Assembly: GCA_033763315.1 (NCBI GenBank)
Contig: JANRKS010000019.1
Span: 160,001-224,000 of the forward strand
DNA from: Deltaproteobacteria bacterium
Lineage (GTDB): Bacteria; Myxococcota_A; Polyangia; Fen-1088
Reading direction: 5' to 3'
Length of the DNA stretch: 64,000 bases
Positions 1 through 9,358 of the stretch are shown here, piece after piece. Made by a program: the position numbers and the translations under genes. Positions within the stretch are counted from its first letter, which is position 1. The number at the start of each line of letters is the position of its first letter. Below the pieces are notes generated by a model. That model saw only the letters and a program-made list of their open reading frames with translations, searched no databases and was not told where the DNA came from.

Positions 1-1290
1 CAAGCCGTCGTCGTCAGAGTCAGCGTCCATCGGGTTTGAACCGATCGACGTTTCTTCATCGTCGCCCAGGCCATCGCCGTCCGTGTCCTTCTTCGTCACG
101 TCATCGGCAGCGTTGTTGGGATCCGTTTCGCCGGCGTCGACGCGGCCGTTGTGATTTGCGTCTTCCGCGCCGTCGAACTTGGTGCCCTTGTCGGTGTCCT
201 TGTCGAGCGGGTTCGTCTTCGTGGCAGGATCGGCGTCAGGAATGCAGTTCTTCGCCAAAGCGTTTGTGGCGGGGTTGCTGCAGTCTTTGCCAAGCTCGGT
301 GCCATCGAAGATGCCGTCGTTGTCGCTGTCGGGATCCAAAACGTTGATCAAACCGTCGCCGTCTGAATCCACGGTTGGGTTCGGCTCTTGGCCGTCGGGC
401 ACGCCGTCGTCGTCTGTGTCGGCGTCCATCGGGTTTGAGCCGATTGCCGTTTCTTCGTCGTCGCCCAGCCCGTCGCCATCCGTATCCTTTACGGTGTTGT
501 CGTCCGCTGGGTTGTTGGGATTCGTTTCCATCGCATCGATACGGCCGTTGTGATTTGGATCCTCGGCGCCATCGGGCTTGCCGCCAGCGTCTGTGTCCTT
601 GTTTAACGGGTTGGTCTTCGAGGCTGGGTCAGCGTCGGGAATGCACGTCAAGGCAGCCTTGTTGGTGGCGGCGTTGGCGCAATCCTTGCCAAGTTCGGTG
701 CCATCGAAGATGCCGTCGTTGTCGCTGTCAGGATCCAACGCATTGATGAAGCCGTCGCCGTCGCTGTCGACGTTGAAGCTTGGCTCTTGGCCATCCAAAA
801 CGCCGTCGTCGTCGCTGTCAGCGTCGTTGGGGTTTGTGCCGATCGCCGTTTCTACCGTGTCAGGCAGGCCGTCCATATCGGTATCGGTTGCGGTGGCGTC
901 GTCAGCAGGATTGTTCGGATCGGTCTCCTGCGGATCGATCTTGCCGTTCTTGTTGAGATCTTCCACGCCATCCGGAATGCCGCCGTTGTCCGTGTCGGCC
1001 TTGATCGGGCTGGTGGTGGTCACACCCATATCCGCGTCAGCCACGCAGAGGTTCTTCGTCTTGTCGGTTGCGGCGTTGCTGCAGTCTTTGCCCGCCTCCG
1101 TGCCATCAAGGATGCCGTCGTTGTCGCTGTCGGGATCAAGCGCGTTGATCTTGCCGTCGTTGTCCGTATCGAGGTTGAAGTTTGGCTCTTGTCCGTCGAT
1201 CAACCCGTCGTCGTCGCTGTCGGCGTCGTTCGGATCGGTGCCAATGTCCATCTCCAGCTTATCGGACAGACCATCTTTATCGGTGTCTGT
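1..1290 (-). repeat. About three tandem ~400-bp (~133 aa) coding repeats of TSP3-like modules
   Basis: Segment gccatc(g/a)a(a/g)gatgccgtcgttgtcgctgtc recurs at ~301, ~700 and ~1102. Each unit has a Cys pair (GKDC...C[IV]xDAD). Confidence 0.85.
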
Positions 1291-2883
1291 GGGCGTTACG
1301 GGCGTGGTTGTGGGGCCGCCTGTCACGGGAGAATTTGAGGTAACCGTCAGTACGGTGCTGCCCGCCTGCTGCGAAAGCGTCAGGCCTTCAAAAGTCACGG
1401 TGGCTTGGTTGGACACCACCGTGTCCACCTTGAGATTTGGATCGATCGTCACTTGGAACGCCACGGTCATTGATGTTCCAGGAACCAGCTTGCCACCCAC
1501 CGTCGCTGTGGCCTGCGCACCCAAACGCACCGTGATCTGGTTGAGACCCGCGTTGTATTCACCAGCATCGTCGCCCGCGGCATCCGTGAGCGCACCCACC
1601 GGGGGCCCATCAACCGTGGTGGCCGTGATCTTGAGGCTACCGGGCACGTAGGCTGAGTTCGTCGGGATCAAATCAGTGAGCACCACCTTGGCCGCGCCGT
1701 CTTGCGCGGTGGCCTCATTGCGCACCACCACCGAATACTCAAGAACATCGCCCGGCCGTGTTTCACCGCCGTTGAGATCGACGAACGCCTTCTCCGCCTT
1801 GATGTTGGGCGAATAGAGCGTGGTTTGAAAGCCCATCAACACAGCAAAGTTCGTTTCGCCCGAACCGCCCGAGAACGTGGCCGATGCGTTTGTTGCACCG
1901 TTGAGCACAAGCGGGCTTACATCAAACGTGTCGATGTCCGTTCCGAGTGTGTTCGCGAAAGCCGGCGTACGCGTGATAACAGGTAACCCACCATTGCTGA
2001 TGGTTGAGTTGCCAAAATCCAGCGCAGGGTTCAACGCGTTGGAAAGCGGCGTGCCGTTGAAGCTCACGCCGTCCTGTTTGCCTGCGTCGCCATCCAACGC
2101 GATGAAAGTGGCTTGTGCATTCAATGGCCCAAGCAGCGGCGTCAGGAAATCCTGCAGTTGCAGTGCAACAGTGTCGCCGTTGCCGTAGGTTTGGTAACCG
2201 TCGTAAAGCGAAATGTGACGCACCGGCAAAGCAGGGTCGCGGTTCACCACCACCAATGACCAACCGCCCAAGTGATCGTCGCTGCCCGCGAACGCCACCA
2301 CGTTGCCCACTTGATAAGAGCCCGCCCCCGCGGCCTTGACCAGCGCGGTGACATTCGCGAAGCCCACGTAGGGATCGCCCTGCTGAAGCCATGAAGAACT
2401 CACAGTCGCGTAGGCGCCGCCGGGCACTTTGAACTTCACCGTGTCGCGAGTTGAAACGTCAACCGTGCGCGTGGAAGCGGCGGCGTCCGTCGAGCCCCAC
2501 CAATACAAGCCTGCCCATTCGATCTCGCCATTGATCGATAACGTTGCGGCACTGGAGTTGTACGTGGTGGCGTCATCGTCGACGTCGATGAAAGCCGTCG
2601 TCACGGTGTCGTTGTCTAGCGTGGGCGCGCCGGCGCCCGTTTCAACGGCCGTGCAGGTCGCCGCGGGATTGCGGGTGGGATCGCAAGTGACCACAGAGTT
2701 ACCCACCACCACCAATTGCCCCGGCAGGTTGCCCGTGAACACTTTTTGGAAGTTGCGGGATTGGGCGTGCGCTGGCGCAAGGGCGCCGAGCGAGGCGGCC
2801 AGAACGCAGGCGGCGACCAAACTCAACCGCCGCAGCACCCGTGAAGAACGACGCCCACTCAAGTTAAGAAGTAACGTGCGCAT
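1..2883 (-). CDS. Large secreted surface protein with DUF11/isopeptide-type Ig-like domain and thrombospondin type-3 (DxDxDG) Ca-binding repeats; 3' end beyond window
   Basis: Hand-translated minus-strand segments from ATG at 2883: signal peptide (MRTLLLN...AACVLAASLGALAPAHA), WAGLYWWGS region, DUF11-like KAFVDLNGGETRPGDVLEYSVVVRN...LTDLIPTNSAYVPGSL, then repeated DSDNDGIxDGTExGKDC / DTDGDGLGD / DADSDDDG. Still in frame at position 1. Absent from the ORF track. Confidence 0.85.
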   Translation of the reverse strand, partial: MRTLLLNLSGRRSSRVLRRLSLVAACVLAASLGALAPAHAQSRNFQKVFTGNLPGQLVVVGNSVVTCDPTRNPAATCTAVETGAGAPTLDNDTVTTAFIDVDDDATTYNSSAATLSINGEIEWAGLYWWGSTDAAASTRTVDVSTRDTVKFKVPGGAYATVSSSWLQQGDPYVGFANVTALVKAAGAGSYQVGNVVAFAGSDDHLGGWSLVVVNRDPALPVRHISLYDGYQTYGNGDTVALQLQDFLTPLLGPLNAQATFIALDGDAGKQDGVSFNGTPLSNALNPALDFGNSTISNGGLPVITRTPAFANTLGTDIDTFDVSPLVLNGATNASATFSGGSGETNFAVLMGFQTTLYSPNIKAEKAFVDLNGGETRPGDVLEYSVVVRNEATAQDGAAKVVLTDLIPTNSAYVPGSLKITATTVDGPPVGALTDAAGDDAGEYNAGLNQITVRLGAQATATVGGKLVPGTSMTVAFQVTIDPNLKVDTVVSNQATVTFEGLTLSQQAGSTVLTVTSNSPVTGGPTTTPVTPTDTDKDGLSDKLEMDIGTDPNDADSDDDGLIDGQEPNFNLDTDNDGKINALDPDSDNDGILDGTEAGKDCSNAATDKTKNLCVADADMGVTTTSPIKADTDNGGIPDGVEDLNKNGKIDPQETDPNNPADDATATDTDMDGLPDTVETAIGTNPNDADSDDDGVLDGQEPSFNVDSDGDGFINALDPDSDNDGIFDGTELGKDCANAATNKAALTCIPDADPASKTNPLNKDTDAGGKPDGAEDPNHNGRIDAMETNPNNPADDNTVKDTDGDGLGDDEETAIGSNPMDADTDDDGVPDGQEPNPTVDSDGDGLINVLDPDSDNDGIFDGTELGKDCSNPATNALAKNCIPDADPATKTNPLDKDTDKGTKFDGAEDANHNGRVDAGETDPNNAADDVTKKDTDGDGLGDDEETSIGSNPMDADSDDDGL

Positions 2884-2912
2884 GTCTAGACCTACAAAGT
2901 TAGATTGAAAGG

Positions 2913-2936
2913 AAGTTGCGCAACTTGTGCGCAACT
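2913..2936. promoter_or_regulatory. Palindromic putative operator upstream of the TSP3 gene
   Basis: Perfect palindrome AAGTTGCGCAACTT (2913-2926) followed by a partial copy TGCGCAACT, about 30 bp upstream of ATG 2883. Confidence 0.35.
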
Positions 2937-3002
2937 CACCCACGTTTATAGGTGAAGCGAAGCCGTATGGCTATAGGCTTGAACGCGCGCTGTGGGCAGG
3001 GG

Positions 3003-4097
3003 CTAGCGACCCGAAAGGGGCCCACACTGACCCCGGTGACGCAGATAGTGATCCGCGAGCACCAAAGCCATCATCGCCTCCACAATGGGAACGGCCCGCG
3101 GCAAAACGCAGGGATCGTGGCGCCCCCGAGGCTCCAAGATGGTTTCCTTGCCCGCTTCATCCACCGTCGACTGCGGCTTCAAAATCGTGGCCGTGGGCTT
3201 AAAGGCGGTGCGGATGAAGATATCTTCACCGTTCGATATGCCGCCTTGGATGCCGCCCGAGTGATTTGTGGTGGTGCGAATCTGCTGACCGTCGTTATGG
3301 AACGGATCGTTGTGCTCGCTGCCCTTGAGGCGCGTGCCGGCAAAGCCGCTGCCGCTTTCAAAACCTTTGCACGCCGGCAGTGACAGCATGGCCTTGGCCA
3401 AATCAGCTTCCAGTTTGTCGAACACGGGCTCGCCCAATCCAGCGGGCACGCCGCGCGCCACCGCTTCCACCACCCCGCCCAAAGAATCACCTGCCTTGCG
3501 GGCCGCATCGATCTGCTGAATCATGGTTTCCGCAGCGGCCGCGTCCGGGCAACGCAGGATGTTCGCCTCGATTGCGTCGCGCGTGACCTCTGCGGGGACG
3601 ATGGTGGCCTCTAAATCAGCCACCCGCTGCACCCAAGCCAGAATCTCGACGCCCAGATCCTGCGCCAACAGCTTCTTCGCGATGGCACCTGCGGCCACGC
3701 GACCGATGGTTTCACGCGCGCTGGCGCGGCCGCCGCCCTTCCAAGAGCGAATGCCGTACTTCGCCTGATACGTAAAATCGGCGTGAGAGGGCCTGAACTT
3801 GGTGGCCATCTCTTGGTAGTCGCCGCTGCGGGCGTCGGTATTGCGCACCATCAAAGCGATCGGCGTGCCCGTGCTCAGGCCGTCTTCAACGCCGGAAAGG
3901 ATTTCGACCTGGTCCGACTCCTTGCGCTGGGTAACGATGCGGCTTTGGCCCGGGCGCCGGCGATCCAGCTCCGCTTGAATGTCCTCAACCAGAACCGGCA
4001 GCCGGGGAGGGCACCCATCCACAATCACGCCAACGGCGGGACCGTGCGACTCGCCGAAAGTGCTGATGCGGAACAGGCGGCCAAAGGTGGATGACAC
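3003..4097 (-). CDS. aroC: Chorismate synthase
   Basis: [38 protein letters not shown] motifs. Confidence 0.97.
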   Translation of the reverse strand: MSSTFGRLFRISTFGESHGPAVGVIVDGCPPRLPVLVEDIQAELDRRRPGQSRIVTQRKESDQVEILSGVEDGLSTGTPIALMVRNTDARSGDYQEMATKFRPSHADFTYQAKYGIRSWKGGGRASARETIGRVAAGAIAKKLLAQDLGVEILAWVQRVADLEATIVPAEVTRDAIEANILRCPDAAAAETMIQQIDAARKAGDSLGGVVEAVARGVPAGLGEPVFDKLEADLAKAMLSLPACKGFESGSGFAGTRLKGSEHNDPFHNDGQQIRTTTNHSGGIQGGISNGEDIFIRTAFKPTATILKPQSTVDEAGKETILEPRGRHDPCVLPRAVPIVEAMMALVLADHYLRHRGQCGPLSGR

Positions 4098-4250
4098 GCG
4101 CCCAGACTAGCAGCGCCCCGCCTGCACGCCAACCGCCGGGCGCCACCAAACGCGACGAGCGCGCGCGAGCAACCCCAGCGCCCCAAAACCCTGAACTCGT
4201 AACGCAGATTTCTCTAGCGAGAAGCGAAAATTTTCTTCAAGGTACGCCCC

Positions 4251-6170
4251 ATGGCTAACGCGAACGGCATGCCTCGTAAATGGTCCACGGCGGACTCGGC
4301 AGAGCTGTATGGAATTCACAATTGGGGGCACGGGTTCTTCTCGATCAATGCCCGCGGAAACGTTGTCTCTCACCCAAACGGCGCTGAGGCCGGCAGCATC
4401 GACTTAAAAGAGCTGGTGGACGAGGTCTCCCGTCGTGGCATCGGCTTGCCCCTGCTGGTGCGCTTTTCCGACGTGCTCAAAAGCCGCGTTGTGGAGCTTC
4501 ACGAAACGTTTAAGCGCGCCATCGTGGAATACGAATACAAGGGCGAATACCGCGGCGTTTACCCGATCAAGGTGAACCAACACCGCTACGTGGTGGAAGA
4601 GATCATCGAATTCGGTCGCCCCTATCATTACGGCCTCGAAGCGGGTTCCAAGCCCGAATTGCTGGCGGTCATGGCGATGCTCGACGATGAGGAAGCGCTC
4701 ATCGTCTGCAACGGCTACAAAGACGACGAATACATCGAAACCGCGCTGCGCGCACAGATGTTGGGCCGCAAGGTCATCATTGTGGTCGAGAAGTTCTCCG
4801 AGCTTGACCTCATCACCACGATCGCGGCGCGCATGAACCTGACGCCCACAATCGGGATCCGCGTGAAGTTGGCAACGAAGGGCTCAGGCCGTTGGGAAGC
4901 CTCGGGTGGCGATCGTTCGAAGTTCGGCCTTTCGACGCGCGAAGTGGTCAAGGCCGTGGAATACCTCCGTGGCGTGAACCTGCTCGGCTCGCTTGAGCTG
5001 ATGCATTTTCACTTGGGCAGCCAGATTTCCGCGATTCGCGCGGTGAAGAACGCCCTGCGCGAAGCGGGCCGTTTCTACACGGAAGTTGTGAAGATGGGCG
5101 CCCCGCTCAAATACTTCGATGCCGGCGGCGGCCTGGGCGTGGACTACGACGGTTCACAAACCAACTTCGCTTCCTCGATGAACTACACCACGCAGGAATA
5201 CGCGAACGACATCGTCTTCGCCCTGGCGGAGGCGTGCGATTCGGCGTCGGTGCCTCACCCCACGATCGTCACGGAATCAGGCCGCGCGGTCACAGCGCAC
5301 CATTCGATGCTGGTGTTTAACGTGCTGGGCTTGGGCGAATTTCAGCCAGGGTCGGTGCCGGAAACGCTGCCCAAAAACGCCCACCGCGTGGTTAACAACC
5401 TGTTCGAGACGTTCCGGGACATTTCCCGCAAGAACCTGCGCGAGCTTTACCACGACGCGCTTGAATACAAAGAAGAGGTGTTGACCCTTTTCAACCTGGG
5501 CAACCTGTCGCTTGAAGAGCGCGTGATCGCCGAAGACATCTTCTGGGCCACGTTGCAAAAAGTGCTCAAGCTCGTGCGCGAAATGCGCGACGTGCCCGAA
5601 GAGTTCGACGGCATGGAGAAGGCGCTGTCCGATACGTATTTCTGCAACTTCTCGATGTTCCAGAGCCTGCCGGACATCTGGGCGATCGATCAGCTGTTCC
5701 CGATCATGCCCATCCACCGTCTGGACGAAGAGCCCACCCGCCGCGCGGTGTTGGCCGACATTACTTGCGACTCGGACGGCAAGATCGACCAATTCATCGA
5801 TAAGCGCGACGTCAAGGACGTGCTGGAGCTGCACCACCCCGAAGACAAGGACTACTACCTGGGTGCCTTCCTGGTGGGCGCCTACCAAGAGATCTTGGGC
5901 GACTTGCACAACTTGTTTGGCGATACAAACACGGTGCACGTGTCCCTGGCGCCGGGCGGCGGCTACCACATTGAACACGTGGTGGCGGGCGACACGGTCA
6001 CCGACGTGCTGAACTACGTCAGCTACAACCGTGCCGAACTTGTGGCCCGGGTGCGTCGTTATGCCGAGCTCGCGGTGCGCTCGAACCGCATGTCCCTGGA
6101 AGACACGCGCGCGCTGCTGCGCATGTACGAAGACGGCCTGTCTGGGTACACGTACCTGGAACGCGCTTAG
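4251..6170 (+). CDS. speA: Biosynthetic arginine decarboxylase (PLP)
   Basis: YPIKVNQ (PLP Lys), EAGSKPEL, HFHLGSQI, GGGLGVDYDG, DITCDSDG, GAYQEILGDLHNLFGD. Confidence 0.97.
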   Translation: MANANGMPRKWSTADSAELYGIHNWGHGFFSINARGNVVSHPNGAEAGSIDLKELVDEVSRRGIGLPLLVRFSDVLKSRVVELHETFKRAIVEYEYKGEYRGVYPIKVNQHRYVVEEIIEFGRPYHYGLEAGSKPELLAVMAMLDDEEALIVCNGYKDDEYIETALRAQMLGRKVIIVVEKFSELDLITTIAARMNLTPTIGIRVKLATKGSGRWEASGGDRSKFGLSTREVVKAVEYLRGVNLLGSLELMHFHLGSQISAIRAVKNALREAGRFYTEVVKMGAPLKYFDAGGGLGVDYDGSQTNFASSMNYTTQEYANDIVFALAEACDSASVPHPTIVTESGRAVTAHHSMLVFNVLGLGEFQPGSVPETLPKNAHRVVNNLFETFRDISRKNLRELYHDALEYKEEVLTLFNLGNLSLEERVIAEDIFWATLQKVLKLVREMRDVPEEFDGMEKALSDTYFCNFSMFQSLPDIWAIDQLFPIMPIHRLDEEPTRRAVLADITCDSDGKIDQFIDKRDVKDVLELHHPEDKDYYLGAFLVGAYQEILGDLHNLFGDTNTVHVSLAPGGGYHIEHVVAGDTVTDVLNYVSYNRAELVARVRRYAELAVRSNRMSLEDTRALLRMYEDGLSGYTYLERA

Positions 6171-6312
6171 CCATTGGGTTGACGAACGGCAATTGCCGCG
6201 GCGGCCGTGACGACCCTCCCTGTCGCGGGAGCCAATAGAAGGTGTGCGAACGCAAATCGCGCACCTTCTTCGCTTTTTTCCTCAGGGTTTGTGTGGTTTA
6301 ACTAACGTCAAC

Positions 6313-6774
6313 GTGACGACATTGAAGCACCTGCCTTCACTTGTAGGGCTTGGGTTGTTGATAGGGGCCTGCGGTTCAGCCGACGACAACCGGCCGGCCG
6401 ACTGGGACTACATCGCCCCGGCCATCATCATTCCCAACTGCGCAACCTCCAGCTGCCACAGCGAAGCCGCCGCGGCCGCCGGCCTCGACATGTCAACGCC
6501 GGCAAAGGCGTATAGGAGCCTGACGGGGTTGAATGTGGATATATTCACGTGCGACCAGGGAGACGATACCGAGGACGGCAAGCAGACCTGTGCGCCCATG
6601 AAGCCGGCAAAGAACCCGTCGCGCGCTTTGATTCTCCCGGGCAACCCCGCGGCGTCGCGTACGGTCAGTATGATGCGCGCTCGGGGCGCCGATCGGATGC
6701 CGCCAGATCGACCGCTCGCCGACGGCGACATTGCGCTGTTTGAAGAGTGGATCGCCTTGGGAGCTAAGCGATGA
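6313..6774 (+). CDS. Lipoprotein with planctomycete-cytochrome-c-like domain (atypical CX4CH motif)
   Basis: Lipobox LIGA-C; IIPNCATSSCHS...LILPGNPAASR...RMPP...FEEWIALGA. Start uncertain (ORF track 6244; GTG 6313 fits a signal peptide better). Confidence 0.65.
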   Translation: MTTLKHLPSLVGLGLLIGACGSADDNRPADWDYIAPAIIIPNCATSSCHSEAAAAAGLDMSTPAKAYRSLTGLNVDIFTCDQGDDTEDGKQTCAPMKPAKNPSRALILPGNPAASRTVSMMRARGADRMPPDRPLADGDIALFEEWIALGAKR

Positions 6775-7934
6775 TTTCCCGCCTCGTGCGTTTGTTCTTG
6801 TCTGCGTGCGCCCTGGTGGCCGTCTTCGCGGTCACAAAGTCTGCGAACGCGTATCCCCAATGGCAGTTCACCTCGGGAACGACTCGATGCAACCAATGCC
6901 ACTTCAACCCAGCCGGCGGCGGTTTGCTACGCGGGTACGGTCGGGATGCGGCCGGCGAAGATCTGGCGACCTTCGATGGCAACGGCGGGTTTCTTCACGG
7001 CGCTGTGGAATTGCCTGATTGGTTGGCGATCGGCGGCGATTTCCGGCTTGCCTTGGCATCTCAAAACGTCGGCGGGCCGAATGGAACGGAGACTGCGTTG
7101 TTTCCGATGCAGGCTGATGTCTATACCCGCATCGCCATGGGCGAGTCGTTCTCGTTGAACGTCACAGGCGGTATCCGTGGGCAAGCACGTGTCCCCGACG
7201 AACCACTACCTGCGGGAAGCTACGAGGCGGTCAACGGACATCGGGCGATCTCACGCGAGCACTTCGTCATGTGGCAGCCCGCGGCCCAAGGCTGGTACGC
7301 GCGCGCAGGGCGGTTCTTCGCTCCGTTTGGCCTACGATTCGCAGAGCACATCCTCTACATCCGACGCGACTTAGGTTTCAATCTCTTGCAAGAAACCTAC
7401 AACGTCTCAGGCGGCTACATAAGCAACGATTGGGAGCTTCACATCACGGCCTTTGGTCCCGACCTCGTTCAGAAATTGGGGGCGCGCGAGAGTGGCGCGG
7501 CCGCCTACTACGAGCGGCGCCTGTTCGAAGAAAAAGCTTCTGTTGCCGTGCAGGCTAAATTTTCGACCGTGGATGGCACTTCGCGAATCATCGGCGGCTT
7601 GGTTGCGCGCTACTTCATCGAACCGGCTCGCCTGATGTTCCTGGGCGAGGCGAACATCGTGAACAATCGGTTCGATGGCCCCGCGGCGCAAAACCAACTG
7701 GTTGGCGCGGCAGGATTCACTTTTTTGCCTTGGAACAGCCTAATGTTCACAGCGTTGGGTGAACGTCTGCAGACGGCCATTCAAGTGAAGGATTCGGCAA
7801 CGAATGCAGCAACCGGTCTCTTGAATTGGTTCCCGTACCCGCACGTTGAGATGCAGCTGGTCGGTCGCATGCAAATGCCCACCGGACAAGGCAACGCCAC
7901 AACAATTTTGCTGCAGGTACACTACTACCTATGA
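6771..7934 (+). CDS. Outer-membrane beta-barrel protein with N-terminal monoheme CxxCH (Cyc2-like cytochrome-porin architecture)
   Basis: Sec signal ending SANA; YPQWQ...RCNQCHFNPAGGGLLRGYGR; amphipathic strands (GWYARAGRF, WELHITAFG); C-terminal LLQVHYYL resembling a beta-signal. ATGA overlap with upstream gene. Confidence 0.7.
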   Translation: MISRLVRLFLSACALVAVFAVTKSANAYPQWQFTSGTTRCNQCHFNPAGGGLLRGYGRDAAGEDLATFDGNGGFLHGAVELPDWLAIGGDFRLALASQNVGGPNGTETALFPMQADVYTRIAMGESFSLNVTGGIRGQARVPDEPLPAGSYEAVNGHRAISREHFVMWQPAAQGWYARAGRFFAPFGLRFAEHILYIRRDLGFNLLQETYNVSGGYISNDWELHITAFGPDLVQKLGARESGAAAYYERRLFEEKASVAVQAKFSTVDGTSRIIGGLVARYFIEPARLMFLGEANIVNNRFDGPAAQNQLVGAAGFTFLPWNSLMFTALGERLQTAIQVKDSATNAATGLLNWFPYPHVEMQLVGRMQMPTGQGNATTILLQVHYYL

Positions 7935-8659
7935 CCAACCAAACCACAAAGCTATTCGTGGCTGGCGCGCTCCTCACTCTTACGGCGAGTTGTGAAGGGC
8001 CACCTCCGGTCAAGTCGCAGCCGACATGGGAAGCTGACGTTTACCCAATTCTGCAGGGTCAATGTCTCAATTGTCACGGCAGCGAAGCGGACAGGTATGG
8101 GGCGGGTACCCGGTTCGACTTTTTCAATCTCGACAATTGCTCCGAGGTTGAGTTCAAGCAGAAGCCGACCATCCAGGCGTTTCCTTCATATGCACTGGCA
8201 ATTCTGACGGATGTGACGCCTCAACAAGAGGTCAAGGACGACAAACCCGTGGGGCCCGCCGAGCGCCCCAAGATGCCACCCCTCCCAGCCTCTCTGATTG
8301 AGGATTGGCAGGTGGAGACTCTCAAAAATTGGGCTAAATACGAAACTAAAGACAAAGAGAAGGCCCGCGGCAGCCGGGGCAATCGCAACCGCGACCCCAA
8401 AATCATCATCACATCGCAATATCCCGACAAGGTCGGTGATGAGCTGAAGGTGTCTTATCGCTTTGAAGACACCGACGGAGATCCTGTGATTGGCGTTCTT
8501 AAGTTCGGCGACGCCAAGGTTGACCTTTTGAAGTTGAGCGGCCAAGTGACCCTCAGCGGATTCACGGCCCAATCGGGTGACACCCTTACGCTGACAGCGG
8601 ACATCTGCGACGGCTGGGGCCGAGTCACTACGGATCTCAAGGACATCGAGAAAGAGTAG
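7931..8659 (+). CDS. Monoheme c-type cytochrome lipoprotein with C-terminal beta-sandwich-like region
   Basis: Lipobox LTAS-C; PTWEADVYPILQGQCLNCHG; KMPP (candidate Met ligand); TLKNW. ATGA overlap with upstream gene. Confidence 0.7.
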   Translation: MTNQTTKLFVAGALLTLTASCEGPPPVKSQPTWEADVYPILQGQCLNCHGSEADRYGAGTRFDFFNLDNCSEVEFKQKPTIQAFPSYALAILTDVTPQQEVKDDKPVGPAERPKMPPLPASLIEDWQVETLKNWAKYETKDKEKARGSRGNRNRDPKIIITSQYPDKVGDELKVSYRFEDTDGDPVIGVLKFGDAKVDLLKLSGQVTLSGFTAQSGDTLTLTADICDGWGRVTTDLKDIEKE

Positions 8660-8691
8660 CCACGCCGTATTCTTCGCGCAGGCTCTTCACC

Positions 8692-8727
8692 CAAAACAAA
8701 AACGCGCGACCCGCATAGGTCGCGCGT
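8692..8727 (-). terminator. Intrinsic terminator, copy 1 of the duplicated element
   Basis: Minus strand ACGCGCGACC-TATGCG-GGTCGCGCGT (10-bp stem) followed by TTTTGTTTTG. Confidence 0.8.
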
Positions 8728-8797
8728 ATAAGTTTGGGGCTCCGCTTCACCGTTGTTTCGCTGCCAAGGATGGTGCCCACGCGCCATAGACAACACC
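8692..8797 (-). repeat. Direct repeat copy 1 (promoter-like block plus GCGGAGCCC-hairpin block); candidate ~70-nt sRNA gene
   Basis: 8692-8745 aligns with 9749-9801 (first 22 nt identical). 8784-8797 CCATAGACAACACC is identical to 10039-10052. Confidence 0.7.
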
Positions 8798-8806
8798 CTT
8801 CGCGCC

Positions 8807-9358
8807 CTAGCCTTGTTCCTCGGGGCTACGAGCGGCCCGGAAAATTCGGGCGACGAGGTGAACAATGCGCTCACGGTGTTCGGGGTCCACCGGAATGGTT
8901 GGCAACCTCGCGAGCAAAGTGCTGTGGTCGATCAGCTGGTTGCGTGCCGCGGCCTCAAGATACGCGCGATCTTTGTCTCGGTTTGCCACTAACTTGGCGA
9001 TAGCTAGATCGTGTGCCTCCAAGCAGAGTCCCTTTGCGCCTCTGGTGTTGGCGTTACAGAGCACCACGAGTCGCGTCTCCCAGCCTTCAGGGAGCACCGC
9101 AGTTCCTGGCTCGACCCCTTGCGCGTAGTACCCGAATGTCGAATGAAATGGCGACAGCTCCCCTATGGAGCCATCGATCAACTCCCATCGCTCAGGGTGG
9201 TTCTTTGGATAAACATCGGCTTCCATCGAGACAAGAAGTTCGGCTGGAGGATTCGGGTACTGTCCCAGAATCGACTGACTTCCGATCACGATGATCTCTT
9301 CATCATCGGCAATATCCGCTGACGCTCTGATGATGTGTTCAAGTTGGTAGCGATTCAC
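8807..9358 (-). CDS. DUF6036-family nucleotidyltransferase-like protein (putative toxin-antitoxin component)
   Basis: MNRYQLEHIIRAS...IIVIGSQSILG...SMEADV...IDGSIGELSPFHSTFGYYAQGV...LPEGWETRL...HDLAIAKLVANRDKD pattern typical of this family. Confidence 0.75.
   Translation of the reverse strand: MNRYQLEHIIRASADIADDEEIIVIGSQSILGQYPNPPAELLVSMEADVYPKNHPERWELIDGSIGELSPFHSTFGYYAQGVEPGTAVLPEGWETRLVVLCNANTRGAKGLCLEAHDLAIAKLVANRDKDRAYLEAAARNQLIDHSTLLARLPTIPVDPEHRERIVHLVARIFRAARSPEEQG

Noticed and set aside
1-1290. Regular ~400-bp repeats as a CRISPR array or non-coding repeat
   Set aside because: They are in-frame coding repeats with synonymous divergence and no spacers.
36-2908. Plus-strand ORFs such as 578-1651 (Ser-rich)
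   Set aside because: Antisense shadows of the Asp-rich minus-strand TSP3 gene.
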